64,000 nucleotides of DNA from an archaeon (lineage in GTDB: Archaea; Undinarchaeota; CAZHTU01; JBDRCC01). The stretch spans positions 1-64,000 of the forward strand of contig JBDRCC010000022.1 of the NCBI GenBank assembly GCA_043822065.1. The letters are read 5' to 3'. The translations under genes were made by a program, and so were the position numbers. Shown here in pieces: positions 16,963 to 27,220 of this stretch (position 1 is the stretch's first letter; every line of letters starts with the position of its first letter). Under the pieces are notes generated by a model, which searched no databases, had not been told where the DNA came from, and was given only the letters and a program-made list of their open reading frames with translations.

Positions 16963-18219
16963 TTGATGGGAATCAGGGACAAGCTTCAGAAAGTAGACCA
17001 GCGAGTCTACGATTTGATTAAGAAAGAGGAGAAACGGCAGGAGTACGGGCTCGAGCTGATTCCCTCTGAGAATTATCCTTCCGTCGCTGTTATGGAGGCG
17101 GAAAAGAGCATTATGATGGACAAGTACGCTGAGGGCTACCCAGGCAAGAGGTATTACGGCGGGTGCGCAGTTATTGACGAGGTTGAGAGCCTGTGCATAG
17201 AAAGGGCGTGCAAGCTGATGAAAATGGACCACGCCAACGTCCAGAGCCAGACAGGGAGCATGGCGAACTTCCAGGTATTCCTTAGCATGCTTAATTTCGG
17301 GGACACCTACCTGTCGATGGACCTGAGCCACGGGGGGCATTTGTCCCACGGGAGCCCGGTTAATTTCTCAGGCAAGTTCTACAATGTGATTCCATATCAC
17401 GTCAAGAGGGAAACTGGAAAAATTGATTACGAGGAGCTCGAGAGGCTGGCAAAGAAGCACAAGCCCAAGCTCATTCTGGCTGGGGCGTCGGCATATCCTG
17501 GAAAGTTCGATTTCAAGAGGTTCAGGGAGATTGCTGACCTGGTTGACGCCTGCCTGCTGGCTGACATTGCGCATTTCGCAGGGCTTATAGTCTCCGGCGA
17601 CCACCCGCACCCGGCGAAGCACTGCGATTTCATAACGAGCACGAGCCAGAAGACCTTGAGGGGCCCGAGGGGCGGGCTAATCTGGTGCAAAGGTGAGTAT
17701 GCAAAGCAGATTGACAAGACAGTCTTCCCGATGACGCAGGGCGGACCGTACGAGCACGTGATTGCTGCGAAGGCTGTCTGCTTCAAGGAGGCGCTCACCT
17801 CGGCATTCAAGAAGTACGGGCACCAGATTGCGAAGAACGCCAAGGCGCTGTCCAGCGAGCTGATGAGGCTCGGCTGGAAGCTTTGCATGGACGGAACGGA
17901 AAACCACCTTATGCTCATGAACATGATTGAGTACCCTGCAAAGGGCAAGGAAGTTCAGGAGCTGCTGGACTCTATCGGGCTGTGCGTGAACAAGCAGATG
18001 ATACCTTTCGACCCGGAAAAGCCGTTCACCCCGAGCGGGGTGCGGCTTGGAACGCCCGCAGCTACGACAAGGGGAATGAGGGAGCGGGAGATGAAAAAGA
18101 TTGCCGGCTTCATTGACAGGGCTATCAGGAACAGGGAAAACAAGAAAGAGATTTCCAAGATAAAAGGCGAGGTCAGGGGGCTTTGCACTAAGTTCCCAAT
18201 TTACAGGGTGCGAAAATGA
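16963..18219 (+). CDS. glyA: Serine hydroxymethyltransferase
   Basis: ELIPSEN, YAEGYPGKRYYGG, GGHLSHG, KTLRGPRGG, SGVRLGTPA. Confidence 0.96.
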   Translation: MMGIRDKLQKVDQRVYDLIKKEEKRQEYGLELIPSENYPSVAVMEAEKSIMMDKYAEGYPGKRYYGGCAVIDEVESLCIERACKLMKMDHANVQSQTGSMANFQVFLSMLNFGDTYLSMDLSHGGHLSHGSPVNFSGKFYNVIPYHVKRETGKIDYEELERLAKKHKPKLILAGASAYPGKFDFKRFREIADLVDACLLADIAHFAGLIVSGDHPHPAKHCDFITSTSQKTLRGPRGGLIWCKGEYAKQIDKTVFPMTQGGPYEHVIAAKAVCFKEALTSAFKKYGHQIAKNAKALSSELMRLGWKLCMDGTENHLMLMNMIEYPAKGKEVQELLDSIGLCVNKQMIPFDPEKPFTPSGVRLGTPAATTRGMREREMKKIAGFIDRAIRNRENKKEISKIKGEVRGLCTKFPIYRVRK

Positions 18220-18512
18220 GGATTAAGAACGACTACAAAGTCGCAGGGGGGAAGCTCGTAAGGGTTGAAGGCGAATCAGCAGGAGAAAGGATACAGAGCA
18301 TAAGGATAACTGGGGACTTTTTTATGTTCCCGGAAGATGGGATTGAGAAGATTGAGAATGGGCTTTCCGACTGCGCACTTGAGAAGGGCATGATAGCCAA
18401 GAAAACCGCTGATGTAATCGCTAAGAACAAGATACAAGTCCAGGGGTTCACGCCGGAGGACTTGGCGGAGGCAATCGTCGGCGGGGTTCAAAATGAAACG
18501 GCTTCACCTTGA
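18216..18512 (+). CDS. Lipoate-protein ligase C-terminal (LplB-like) subunit
   Basis: KVAGGKLVRV...ITGDFFMFPE; sits in the gcv cluster. Confidence 0.85.
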   Translation: MRIKNDYKVAGGKLVRVEGESAGERIQSIRITGDFFMFPEDGIEKIENGLSDCALEKGMIAKKTADVIAKNKIQVQGFTPEDLAEAIVGGVQNETASP

Positions 18513-19614
18513 GGAATGGCACAACCAGCATGCAAGGATGGGTGAGTTCGCCGGCTGGCACACGCCGATATGGTATACGAGCATAAATGACGAGCACATG
18601 ACGGTTAGGGAAAAGGCAGGGGTGTTCGACATCTCGCACATGGGCGAATTCTATTTTGAGGGGAAGGACGCAGAGGCGTTTCTTGACAAAGTATGCGTAA
18701 GCGACATCGCAGGGCTGACGGCTGATGTTTCAAAGTACACATGCATACTGAACGACAACGGCGGCATAATGGACGAGGCAGTTATCTACAGGATAGACGC
18801 GACCCACTTCAAGATGGTGTGCGACGCAGTCTGCTATGACAAGCTCAAGGGCTGGTTTGCAAAGGTCAGGGAAGGGATGGAGCTAAATGTGATTGACAAG
18901 ACGGAGGACCTTGTCCTTCTCGCGATACAGGGGCCGGACGCGTATTCAGTGTCTGACAAGATGGGGATTGCGGCGAGGGAGATGCCGAGGTTCGGGTTCA
19001 GGCATATAGCTTACAAAGGCAGGGAAGTCCTGCTATCAAATTCAGGGTACACTGGGGAGAATGGCTTCGAGCTGTTGTTTGATGATAAGAAGCCAGTACA
19101 CCCTGACCCGAAGAAGGTCGGCGAGCCGACGTTTGCGCTTCAGGTATGGAATGACCTACTGTCGGCTGGCGCAAAGCCGGTCGGGCTTGGCTGCAGGGAC
19201 AGCCTGAGGATTGAGTGCGGATTCACTTTGTACGAGCATGAGGACACTGAGGAAGTCAACCCCCTTGAGGTTAACTTCAACTGGATGATAAAATGGGATA
19301 AGGATTTCATAGGCAAGGAAGCGCTGGTTAATGCGAAGGCTGCAGGAATAAAAAGGAAAATGAAGGGATTTGAGATGGCTGACCGCGCGATACCCAGGCA
19401 AGGGTATGATGTAATGCAGAATGGAAAAAAGGTCGGGGTTGTCACGAGCGGGACGATGCCGCCGACATCTGGGAAGGGCATAGGGCTCGGGCTTTTCGAC
19501 TCGGCAGTCGAGGGGGACGTCGACATCATGATCCGTGGAAAGGAAACAAAAGCTAAAATAGTAAAGCCGCCTTTCTACGACAAGCAAAAGTACGGAATGA
19601 AACGAGAGGCTTAG
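18493..19614 (+). CDS. gcvT: Glycine cleavage system aminomethyltransferase T
   Basis: FAGW..P, GVFDISHMGE, AIQGP, SGYTGENGFE, GLGCRDSLRIE. Confidence 0.95.
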   Translation: MKRLHLEEWHNQHARMGEFAGWHTPIWYTSINDEHMTVREKAGVFDISHMGEFYFEGKDAEAFLDKVCVSDIAGLTADVSKYTCILNDNGGIMDEAVIYRIDATHFKMVCDAVCYDKLKGWFAKVREGMELNVIDKTEDLVLLAIQGPDAYSVSDKMGIAAREMPRFGFRHIAYKGREVLLSNSGYTGENGFELLFDDKKPVHPDPKKVGEPTFALQVWNDLLSAGAKPVGLGCRDSLRIECGFTLYEHEDTEEVNPLEVNFNWMIKWDKDFIGKEALVNAKAAGIKRKMKGFEMADRAIPRQGYDVMQNGKKVGVVTSGTMPPTSGKGIGLGLFDSAVEGDVDIMIRGKETKAKIVKPPFYDKQKYGMKREA

Positions 19615-19740
19615 AAAAGTATAATGGTCGGTAAGGAAAAGGTATCGGAACCTACGAATCTGCAAGATTCGTACGAACGTACAAGCGAAGCTTGTAGTAA
19701 ACGTAGTTTTTCTGATTACGGAATGAAAAGGGAGGTTTAA
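19591..19740 (+). repeat. Duplicated gcvT 3' end flanking a palindromic insert
   Basis: 19591-19614 TACGGAATGAAACGAGAGGCTTAG versus 19717-19740 TACGGAATGAAAAGGGAGGTTTAA (20/24 identical). Hairpins at 19653-19673 and 19680-19696 lie between them. Confidence 0.75.
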
Positions 19741-19742
19741 GA

Positions 19743-20147
19743 ATGCAGGTAGGTGACTACAACATAAAGGAAGGTTTGTACTACCTTGACTCGCACGAGT
19801 GGGTTGAGATTAAGGGGAATACTGCGACAATAGGCCTGAGCGACTACGCACAGAAGTCGCTTGGTGATGTTGCATACATCGACGTGCCGCAGGTTGGCAA
19901 GGAAGTGAGCCAGAAGGCTGAGCTTTGCGAAATTGAGTCGGTCAAGGCTGTTGACCATGTCTATTCGCCGCTGTCCGGAAAGGTTGTAGGGGCGAACAGC
20001 GAGCTAACGAATTCGCCGGATAAGATAAACAGCGACCCGTACGGTGCGTGGATTGTGAAGATTGAAATTAAGGACGAAAGCGAAAAGGCGAACCTGAAGG
20101 ACGCCAACGCGTATGCTGAGTTCGTCAAGGGGCTTGCTGCAAAATAA
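19743..20147 (+). CDS. gcvH: Glycine cleavage system H protein
   Basis: HEWV, GLSDYAQ..LGD, lipoyl motif IESVKAV, INSDPYG. Confidence 0.96.
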   Translation: MQVGDYNIKEGLYYLDSHEWVEIKGNTATIGLSDYAQKSLGDVAYIDVPQVGKEVSQKAELCEIESVKAVDHVYSPLSGKVVGANSELTNSPDKINSDPYGAWIVKIEIKDESEKANLKDANAYAEFVKGLAAK

Positions 20148-20149
20148 TC

Positions 20150-21475
20150 ATGCGGTATATTCCAAACCTTTCAAGAAAGGACGAACTGCTGAAAGAGGCA
20201 GGGCTGAAAAGGGAGGACCTTTTCGGCGACGTCCCGAAGGACTGCAGGACGGCTGGGCTCAACCTCCCTGAGCCGCTGCCGGAGCTTGAGGTCAGGCGGA
20301 AGGTTATAGGGATTCTTTCCAAGAACAAAGTTCCGAGGGCAAGCTTCCTCGGCGGCGGGGTCAGGAACCACTTTGTGCCGGAGCACGTAAGGCATTTGGC
20401 AGGCAGGTCGGAGTTTTACACTGCGTACACGCCGTACCAGCCGGAGATTTCTCAGGGGATGCTCCAGACACTGTTCGAATACCAGTCAATGGTTGCGGAG
20501 CTGACCGGGCTGGAAGCCGTCAACTCATCCATGTATGACTTTTCCACCGCACTTGCTGAGGCTGCATTGATGGCAAAGAGGGCGACCAGCAGGAGCGAAT
20601 TCTTGGTTCCAAAGCTAATGTCGCCAAAGAGGAAGGCCGTGCTGAGGACGTACGTTCAGGGCGCAGGAATGAGCCTAATCGAAATTGAAGCCCAGAAGAA
20701 TGGCCAGCTTGATTTGGAGGACCTGAAGAAAAAAGTCTCTGACAGGACGGCGGGCGTTTACGTTGAAAACCCGGCATACTTAGGGTATTTTGAAGAGGGA
20801 GTTGAGGAAGTTTCTGATATAATCCACAAGGCAGGCGGTTTGTTTGTCGTGGGCGCAGACCTGATATCGCTCGGAATCGCAAAGGCGCCGGGGGACTACG
20901 GCGCAGACATAGTCATCGGAGAGGGGCAGCTGCTTGGGAACCCGCCCTCCTACGGCGGGCCGTACGTAGGCGCGTTCGCCGTCAGGGCAGACCAGGGCCT
21001 CGTGAGGAAAATGCCAGGCAGGATAATCGGGATGACGGAAGACGCGGACAAGAACCGCGGGTTCGTGATGACTCTCCAGACAAGGGAGCAGCACATAAGG
21101 CGGGAGAGCGCGACATCGAACATCTGCTCGAACGAGGCGCTGTGCGCGGTGACCGCGGCGATATACCTCGCCACGCTTGGGCGAAATGGGCTGAGAGAAG
21201 TTGCAGAGGCGTGCGCGAAGAATGCGAATTATGTTATGCGGGAGATTGGTAAGCTGGATGGGTTTGAGGCACCAGTGTATGATTCAAAGCACTTCTGCGA
21301 GTTCACAGTGAAGTGCCCCAAGGACGTTGACGGGATAAACCGCAAGCTGATGGAAAATGGGATTCATGGCGGGTCTAAGGTCGAGTTCCTAAAGGATACT
21401 GCACTGTACGCGGTGACCGAAGCCCACACGAAGAAGGACGTCGATGAGCTGCTGGAGGGGCTGAAGAATGTATAA
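20150..21475 (+). CDS. gcvPA: Glycine dehydrogenase subunit 1
   Basis: EFYTAYTPYQPEISQG, TREQHIRRESATSNIC. Confidence 0.95.
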   Translation: MRYIPNLSRKDELLKEAGLKREDLFGDVPKDCRTAGLNLPEPLPELEVRRKVIGILSKNKVPRASFLGGGVRNHFVPEHVRHLAGRSEFYTAYTPYQPEISQGMLQTLFEYQSMVAELTGLEAVNSSMYDFSTALAEAALMAKRATSRSEFLVPKLMSPKRKAVLRTYVQGAGMSLIEIEAQKNGQLDLEDLKKKVSDRTAGVYVENPAYLGYFEEGVEEVSDIIHKAGGLFVVGADLISLGIAKAPGDYGADIVIGEGQLLGNPPSYGGPYVGAFAVRADQGLVRKMPGRIIGMTEDADKNRGFVMTLQTREQHIRRESATSNICSNEALCAVTAAIYLATLGRNGLREVAEACAKNANYVMREIGKLDGFEAPVYDSKHFCEFTVKCPKDVDGINRKLMENGIHGGSKVEFLKDTALYAVTEAHTKKDVDELLEGLKNV

Positions 21476-22922
21476 GCAGGCACACGGCGACAGCAGGCTT
21501 ATATTCGAGAAGTCGGACTCTTCGACAGGGTACTCCCTGCCAAAGCCATTCGGGACGGAATTTAGCATTCCCGAAAAGCTGAAGCGGAAGGAACTGAACC
21601 TCCCTGAGGTCAGCGAAGTCGAGGTCGTCAGGCATTACACTAATTTGTCCCAGCGGAACTTCGGGGTAGACAATGGGTTTTACCCGCTTGGGAGCTGCAC
21701 CATGAAGTACAACCCGAAGATTAACGAGGCGATGGCTGGGCACGAGCTTGTTGTGGATATGCACCCGGAGCAACTGGAGGAAACTGCGCAGGGCTGCCTT
21801 GAGCTGGCGTATAATCTTGGCGAAGTCCTGAAAGAAGTAAGCGGAATGGACGCAGTAAGCCTCCAGCCGGCCGCCGGCGCGCACGGCGAGTATATAGGAT
21901 GCATGATAATCCGCGCCTGCCACAAGGGCAAGGGGCAGGACAGGAATGAGATAATCGTCCCGGATTCGGCGCACGGGACAAATCCGGCGTCGGCGGCGAT
22001 GGCTGGGTTCAAAGTGGTCCAGGTGCCTTCGCTTGAGGACGGGACAGTTGACATAGAAGCGCTGAAGGCGGCGGTGTCTGGCAGAACTGCCGGGCTCATG
22101 CTAACCAACCCGAACACCCTTGGAATATTCGAGCACAACATCAAAGAGATTGCGAGGATTGTGCACGGGGCGGGCGGGCTGTTGTATTATGATGGGGCAA
22201 ACTTAAACGCGATAATGGGCTTCTGCAAGCCAGGCGAGATGGGGTTTGACGTCATGCACATAAACCTGCACAAGACCTTTGCCACACCGCACGGCGGCGG
22301 CGGGCCTGGAAGCGGCCCGGTGCTTGTGAAAAAGGAACTGGCAAAATTCCTGCCAGTGCCAGTTGTTGAGAAAACGGGCAGCAAGTTCAGGCTGAATTAT
22401 AACCTGCCGGAGTCGATTGGGCCTTCAAAGTCTTCGATAGGGAATTTTGGTGTGCTGGTCAAGGCGTACACTTACACGCTGACGATGGGGAAGATGCTCA
22501 AGGACGCCTCAGAGATTGCCGTCCTGAACTCGAACTACATGGCGCAGAAGCTGAAGCAGGACTATGAGATGCCGGGGAAGGAAATCCGAAAGCACGAGTT
22601 TGTGCTGTCAGCGGAGAAAATAAAAACCGAAACTGGCTGTTCGGCGCTGGACATCGGAAAACGGCTTTTGGACTACGGGCTGCATGCCCCGACGATTTAT
22701 TTCCCCCTGATTGTCCACGAGGCGCTGATGATTGAGCCGACTGAGACGGAAGCCAAGGAAAATCTTGATAGGTATATTGACGCCCTGAAAAAAATAAAGG
22801 AAGAGGCGTACAAGAGCCCTGACCTTCTGCACGGGGCGCCGGCAAACACCTCGGTCAGGCGGCTGGATGTTACCAAGGCGATAAGGGAGCCTGTCCTCAG
22901 CTGGAAGATGGTTAAGAAGTAA
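21468..22922 (+). CDS. gcvPB: Glycine dehydrogenase subunit 2
   Basis: YPLGSCTMKYNP, SAHGTNPAS, HINLHKTF..PHGGGGPG, IEPTETE. Confidence 0.95.
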   Translation: MYKQAHGDSRLIFEKSDSSTGYSLPKPFGTEFSIPEKLKRKELNLPEVSEVEVVRHYTNLSQRNFGVDNGFYPLGSCTMKYNPKINEAMAGHELVVDMHPEQLEETAQGCLELAYNLGEVLKEVSGMDAVSLQPAAGAHGEYIGCMIIRACHKGKGQDRNEIIVPDSAHGTNPASAAMAGFKVVQVPSLEDGTVDIEALKAAVSGRTAGLMLTNPNTLGIFEHNIKEIARIVHGAGGLLYYDGANLNAIMGFCKPGEMGFDVMHINLHKTFATPHGGGGPGSGPVLVKKELAKFLPVPVVEKTGSKFRLNYNLPESIGPSKSSIGNFGVLVKAYTYTLTMGKMLKDASEIAVLNSNYMAQKLKQDYEMPGKEIRKHEFVLSAEKIKTETGCSALDIGKRLLDYGLHAPTIYFPLIVHEALMIEPTETEAKENLDRYIDALKKIKEEAYKSPDLLHGAPANTSVRRLDVTKAIREPVLSWKMVKK

Positions 22923-23119
22923 GCTAGTATTGGAAATATATACCAAAAGGGTATAAATGATAAGATGCTTATCTTCTATGCTGCGGAAATGGCGTATTGC
23001 GGCCGGCAACGTCTGCAATGGATCATGCACTGAAAATGTGCATGTGAACCGATTACAACTTGGGCACCTTTTCTGCAGCACTTTTTGCGTTTTTTAGAGG
23101 GTAGGTTAGGTGATGCTGG

Positions 23120-23345
23120 CAAAATTCTAATATTTTTAATTATTTTCAATATTGTAGATAATTAAAATAATGAGATTTTGGTACGCATATTTGAAAAAAT
23201 CGGCGTTTTGCATATGTTTTTAGTTAATTTAACAGTATTATTGGCTATAAATAATTATTTTCATTATTGTAAATATTTAATTAGGATAGAATAAAAGTTT
23301 AATTAGTGTATTATTTTCAATATAGAAATGAATAAATTTAAAGAA
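23120..23345. other. Extremely AT-rich non-coding island with three TTATTTTCA(A/T)TAT repeats
   Basis: Copies at about 23140, 23255 and 23311; strong contrast with the GC-richer flanking genes. Confidence 0.55.
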
Positions 23346-23386
23346 TCCTGCCAGAAAGCTATAAACTAAGCCGCAATTAGCTTTCT

Positions 23387-24076
23387 ATGATAAAAGCAGT
23401 TGCCTTCGACCTTGACAACACCCTGATTGACTTTGTCAGGTTCAAGGAGGAGACTGCAAAAGCCGCTGCAAATGCGCTCGTTGCCAATGGCCTCGGTGCA
23501 AAGCCAAACGAGGTCAAGAAAAAGATTTGGGAAGTTTACGACAAACACGGAGTCGAGTACCAGAAGACATTTGCTACCCTCTTGGGCGACCACTACAAGA
23601 TTCGCGACCCTAACAAGTTCGAGAGGCTGCAGCAGGCTGCGATAAACGCATACCTCGCCCGCAAGCTTGAGGTGCTGCGGCCTTACCCCTCGGTCAAGCC
23701 GACCCTCCGGGCTCTTAGAAAAAAGGGCTGTCTGCTATGCATAGTCACCGACGCCCCGCGGAACAAGGCTTGGCAGCGGCTCCTGCTATGCGGGCTCCAG
23801 GACAGCTTTGATTTCGTCATCACTAAGGACGACACGAACCGGGCAAAGCCAAGCACGCTTCCATTCAGAGCGCTCCTAAAAAAGACTGGGCTCATGCCGA
23901 AACAGGTCCTTTTCGTCGGCGACGACCCGAAGAAGGACATAATGGGGGCAAAGAAGGTCGGGATGCTGACTGCGCTTGCAGAGTACGGCTGGGTGCTCCA
24001 CAGAAACAGCAGGATTAAGCCGGATTTTTATCTTAAAAGGCCATCCGGGATACTGCAAATCCTCAGACAAGCTTAA
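23387..24076 (+). CDS. HAD-superfamily hydrolase
   Basis: FDLDNTL, VTD, KP, VGD...DI motifs. Confidence 0.92.
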   Translation: MIKAVAFDLDNTLIDFVRFKEETAKAAANALVANGLGAKPNEVKKKIWEVYDKHGVEYQKTFATLLGDHYKIRDPNKFERLQQAAINAYLARKLEVLRPYPSVKPTLRALRKKGCLLCIVTDAPRNKAWQRLLLCGLQDSFDFVITKDDTNRAKPSTLPFRALLKKTGLMPKQVLFVGDDPKKDIMGAKKVGMLTALAEYGWVLHRNSRIKPDFYLKRPSGILQILRQA

Positions 24077-24112
24077 TAATATATAGTCGGAGGGATTTGT
24101 ACTAATACTCCC

Positions 24113-26818
24113 ATGGTGCAACACCATAACTGGCACAGCATCGACATAGAGGATACTGCAAGGAGCCTCAGTGCGGACATCCGCGGGCTTGCGAGCGGGG
24201 ACGCATCCCGCCGGCTTGGGGAGTACGGCAAAAACAAGCTCGAGGGCGGCAAGAGGATAACCACTGTCGAAATTTTCCTCCGCCAGTTCAAGAACTTCAT
24301 AATATACGTCCTGATTGGTGCTGCAGCAATCTCGTACTACCTTGGCGAAATGCTTGATGTTTGGATAATAACCTTTGTAATATTCTTTGTTGCGTTCCTG
24401 GGGTTCTACCAGGAATTCCGCGCCGAGCGGTCAATGGAGTCCCTCAAGGAGCTTTCTGCTCCGCACGCGGTGGTCATGAGGGACGGCGTCAAGAAGGAGA
24501 TTCTCGCTGAGGAAATAGTGCCAGGCGATGTCATCCTTCTCGAGGCGGGGCGCAGGATCCCAGCGGACGCCAGGATTATAGACGCCACGGACCTCAAGTC
24601 TGATGAGTCAGCCCTCACTGGCGAATCAATACCGGTATTGAAGAAGGCTGGGACCCTGCCTCCGGACGTCCCGCTCGCAGAGAGGGACAATATGGTCTTC
24701 GTCGGGACGCACATAGTCGACGGAATCGGCAGCGCCCTCGTTGTCTCCACTGGCATGCACACCGAGATAGGCAAGGTTGCGAAGATGATTGAGCAGGTCG
24801 GGGAAATTGAGACGCCAATAAAGACCAAGCTGAACACGCTCGGAAAAAGGCTGACGATGATGGTACTTGCGGTCTGCGCTCTAGTAGTAGTTGTCCAGTA
24901 TGCCAGAGGGGCAAGTTTGACCAGCACGATGGTTGTGGTCGCGGCGCTTGCAGTTTCAGGAATGCCAGAGAGCCTGCCTGCAGTGGTTACGGTCACCTTA
25001 GCGTCCGGGGTCAAGCGGATGAGCAAGCACAATGCTATAATACGGGTACTCCCCACGGTCGAGACACTAGGCTCCGCCACGGTCATTTGCACTGACAAAA
25101 CCGGCACGCTGACGCACGGCACCATGACCGTCAGGAAATTATTCGCAAACTCAGAGATGCTTGAACTCACAGGCAGGGGCTCGGAGCTGGAGGGGGACTT
25201 TTATCTCAAAGAAAAAGCCGTCGGCCCAAAGGGCGTTGAGTTCCTGCTCAAAGCGGCTGCCCTGTGCAACGACGCCTACTTGGAAGAGGAGAAAGAGCGC
25301 GAGTCAGAGGAGCTGATAGTCATCGGAGACCCAACAGAAGGAGCACTCCTCGTTGCGGCAGCAAAGGGGAAAATACTCCAGGAGCAGATAAAGAAGGAAT
25401 ACCCTCGCATTGGCGAGGTCCCGTTTAACTCAGACCGGATGCGGATGACTACGGTGCACACCACTGAGAAAGAGAAAAAAATTGCGTTTACAAAGGGGGC
25501 ACCTGAAAAAATCATAGACTTGTGCAACCGGATTTACCTCAGGGGAACGGTCACAAAGATGACTGATAAGCAGCGCAAGGAGCTGCATGACGTCTACCGC
25601 AGGATGGGTGAGGACGCCCTGCGGGTGCTTGCAGTAAGCTACCGTGAGGTGCCTGACAAGGTTGAGGACTACACCGAGACGCTTGAAACTGGCTTGGTGT
25701 TCATTGGCCTCATGGGGATGATAGACCCGCCCAGGGAAGAGGCAATCTCGGCGATAACCGCCTGCAAGACGGCTGGAATCAAGGTGATAATGATAACTGG
25801 TGACAACAAGATAACTGCTGAGGCTATCGGAAAGGAGCTCGGGCTAACCCAAAAGGGCTCAAAAATCATCACCAGCGCGGAGCTTAACAAGATGAGCGAC
25901 GCCGAGTTCGATGTGATAGTAGAAGACGTCGCGATATATGCCAGAGCGTCCCCCTCTGACAAGCTCAGGATAGTATCCGCTCTCCAGAAGAAGGGGCATA
26001 TTGTCGCAATGACTGGGGACGGTGTCAACGACGCGCCAGCGCTGAAGAAGGCGGACGTCGGCGTCGCCATGGGCAAGGGGGGGACTGACGTCGCACGCGA
26101 GGCTGCGGACATGATACTGACAGACGACAACTTCGCGACAATAGTCAATGCCATAAGCGAAGGGAGGACTATTTTTGACAACATAAAGAAGTTTGTCTAC
26201 TACATGCTCGCTGGCAACATCGCGGAGATAACAATAACTGCCACGGCATTGATTTTCGGTGCACCCTTCCTGCCATTCACCGCCCTGATGATACTCTGGA
26301 TAAACCTTGTCACCAGCGACTTCCCCGCGATGGGCTTGGGGCTGGAGCCGCCGGAGACTGCCATAATGAGCCGCCCCCCACGGAACCCGGACGAGAACGT
26401 CCCCTCTATGCGCCTGATACTGGGGCTTACCGAAGTCGGCTCGATAATTTGCATCGGCGTCATCCTGCTCTTTGTCATGAAGGTCGGCATTTGGCAGATG
26501 CCGCTCGATAGGGCGAGGACTGTGGCCTTTGCGACCCTGATAGCATTCGAGCTGTTCCACGCATTCAACTCGCGCTCCCTGACGCAGTCGATATTCACCA
26601 TGGGGCTTATGAGCAACAAGCCGCTCCTCGTAGGCGTAGCTGCGTCGGTGGCCACGAGCCTGTTTGTTATATACTACCCGCCGCTCCAGAGCATATTCGG
26701 CACGAGCGCGCTGACACTTTGGGACTGGGCAAGGGTTCTTGCGGTGGCATCAACGGTGCTGATTTTCGTCGAACTGAAAAAGCACTTCGGCAGGGAAGTA
26801 GAGTACCAGAAGGTCTAG
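24113..26818 (+). CDS. P-type ATPase, type IIA (Ca2+-transporting-like)
   Basis: [44 protein letters not shown]. Confidence 0.94.
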   Translation: MVQHHNWHSIDIEDTARSLSADIRGLASGDASRRLGEYGKNKLEGGKRITTVEIFLRQFKNFIIYVLIGAAAISYYLGEMLDVWIITFVIFFVAFLGFYQEFRAERSMESLKELSAPHAVVMRDGVKKEILAEEIVPGDVILLEAGRRIPADARIIDATDLKSDESALTGESIPVLKKAGTLPPDVPLAERDNMVFVGTHIVDGIGSALVVSTGMHTEIGKVAKMIEQVGEIETPIKTKLNTLGKRLTMMVLAVCALVVVVQYARGASLTSTMVVVAALAVSGMPESLPAVVTVTLASGVKRMSKHNAIIRVLPTVETLGSATVICTDKTGTLTHGTMTVRKLFANSEMLELTGRGSELEGDFYLKEKAVGPKGVEFLLKAAALCNDAYLEEEKERESEELIVIGDPTEGALLVAAAKGKILQEQIKKEYPRIGEVPFNSDRMRMTTVHTTEKEKKIAFTKGAPEKIIDLCNRIYLRGTVTKMTDKQRKELHDVYRRMGEDALRVLAVSYREVPDKVEDYTETLETGLVFIGLMGMIDPPREEAISAITACKTAGIKVIMITGDNKITAEAIGKELGLTQKGSKIITSAELNKMSDAEFDVIVEDVAIYARASPSDKLRIVSALQKKGHIVAMTGDGVNDAPALKKADVGVAMGKGGTDVAREAADMILTDDNFATIVNAISEGRTIFDNIKKFVYYMLAGNIAEITITATALIFGAPFLPFTALMILWINLVTSDFPAMGLGLEPPETAIMSRPPRNPDENVPSMRLILGLTEVGSIICIGVILLFVMKVGIWQMPLDRARTVAFATLIAFELFHAFNSRSLTQSIFTMGLMSNKPLLVGVAASVATSLFVIYYPPLQSIFGTSALTLWDWARVLAVASTVLIFVELKKHFGREVEYQKV

Positions 26819-27219
26819 CTTCGTGAAGAGTCTGCGAGCTTCCGGAAGTAGACGACAAAGCCCCAGAGAAAGTCATAAAGGTATTTTGCCTGGTTTTCTG
26901 CAGAATTAATCTTCAGGACCGCCATTTTTATTGCCGGCTCCATCTGTGCGTAGGATATGTGGACGGAAAGCACCATGTCCCGCCCTTCCATAAAGGCAGG
27001 AGTCTTGGCATCAGGCTCGGCTGGGTACTTGTAGCAGCAAGACAGCCCGACGAGGGCGGAAAACAATATCTGGTGCCTGTACTTCTCGTTTCCGGAAATG
27101 AGCTTTGAAAGCCTGCCGAGCTTTTTCGGGTCGCAGAACAGGTGCCCGCCAGCCGCGGCTATCTGCACCTCCATAGTATGCGGAATTTCTATCAGGCTGC
27201 AAAACTCGGACTGGTTCAT
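26815..27219 (-). CDS. Hypothetical protein
   Basis: 134-aa ORF filling the gap, directly downstream of the methyltransferase gene. Confidence 0.55.
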   Translation of the reverse strand: MNQSEFCSLIEIPHTMEVQIAAAGGHLFCDPKKLGRLSKLISGNEKYRHQILFSALVGLSCCYKYPAEPDAKTPAFMEGRDMVLSVHISYAQMEPAIKMAVLKINSAENQAKYLYDFLWGFVVYFRKLADSSRS

Positions 27220-27220
27220 T

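Noticed and set aside
22608-23081. Minus-strand ORF starting with CPSC
   Set aside because: It mostly overlaps gcvPB antisense and has no second CxxC pair or other support.
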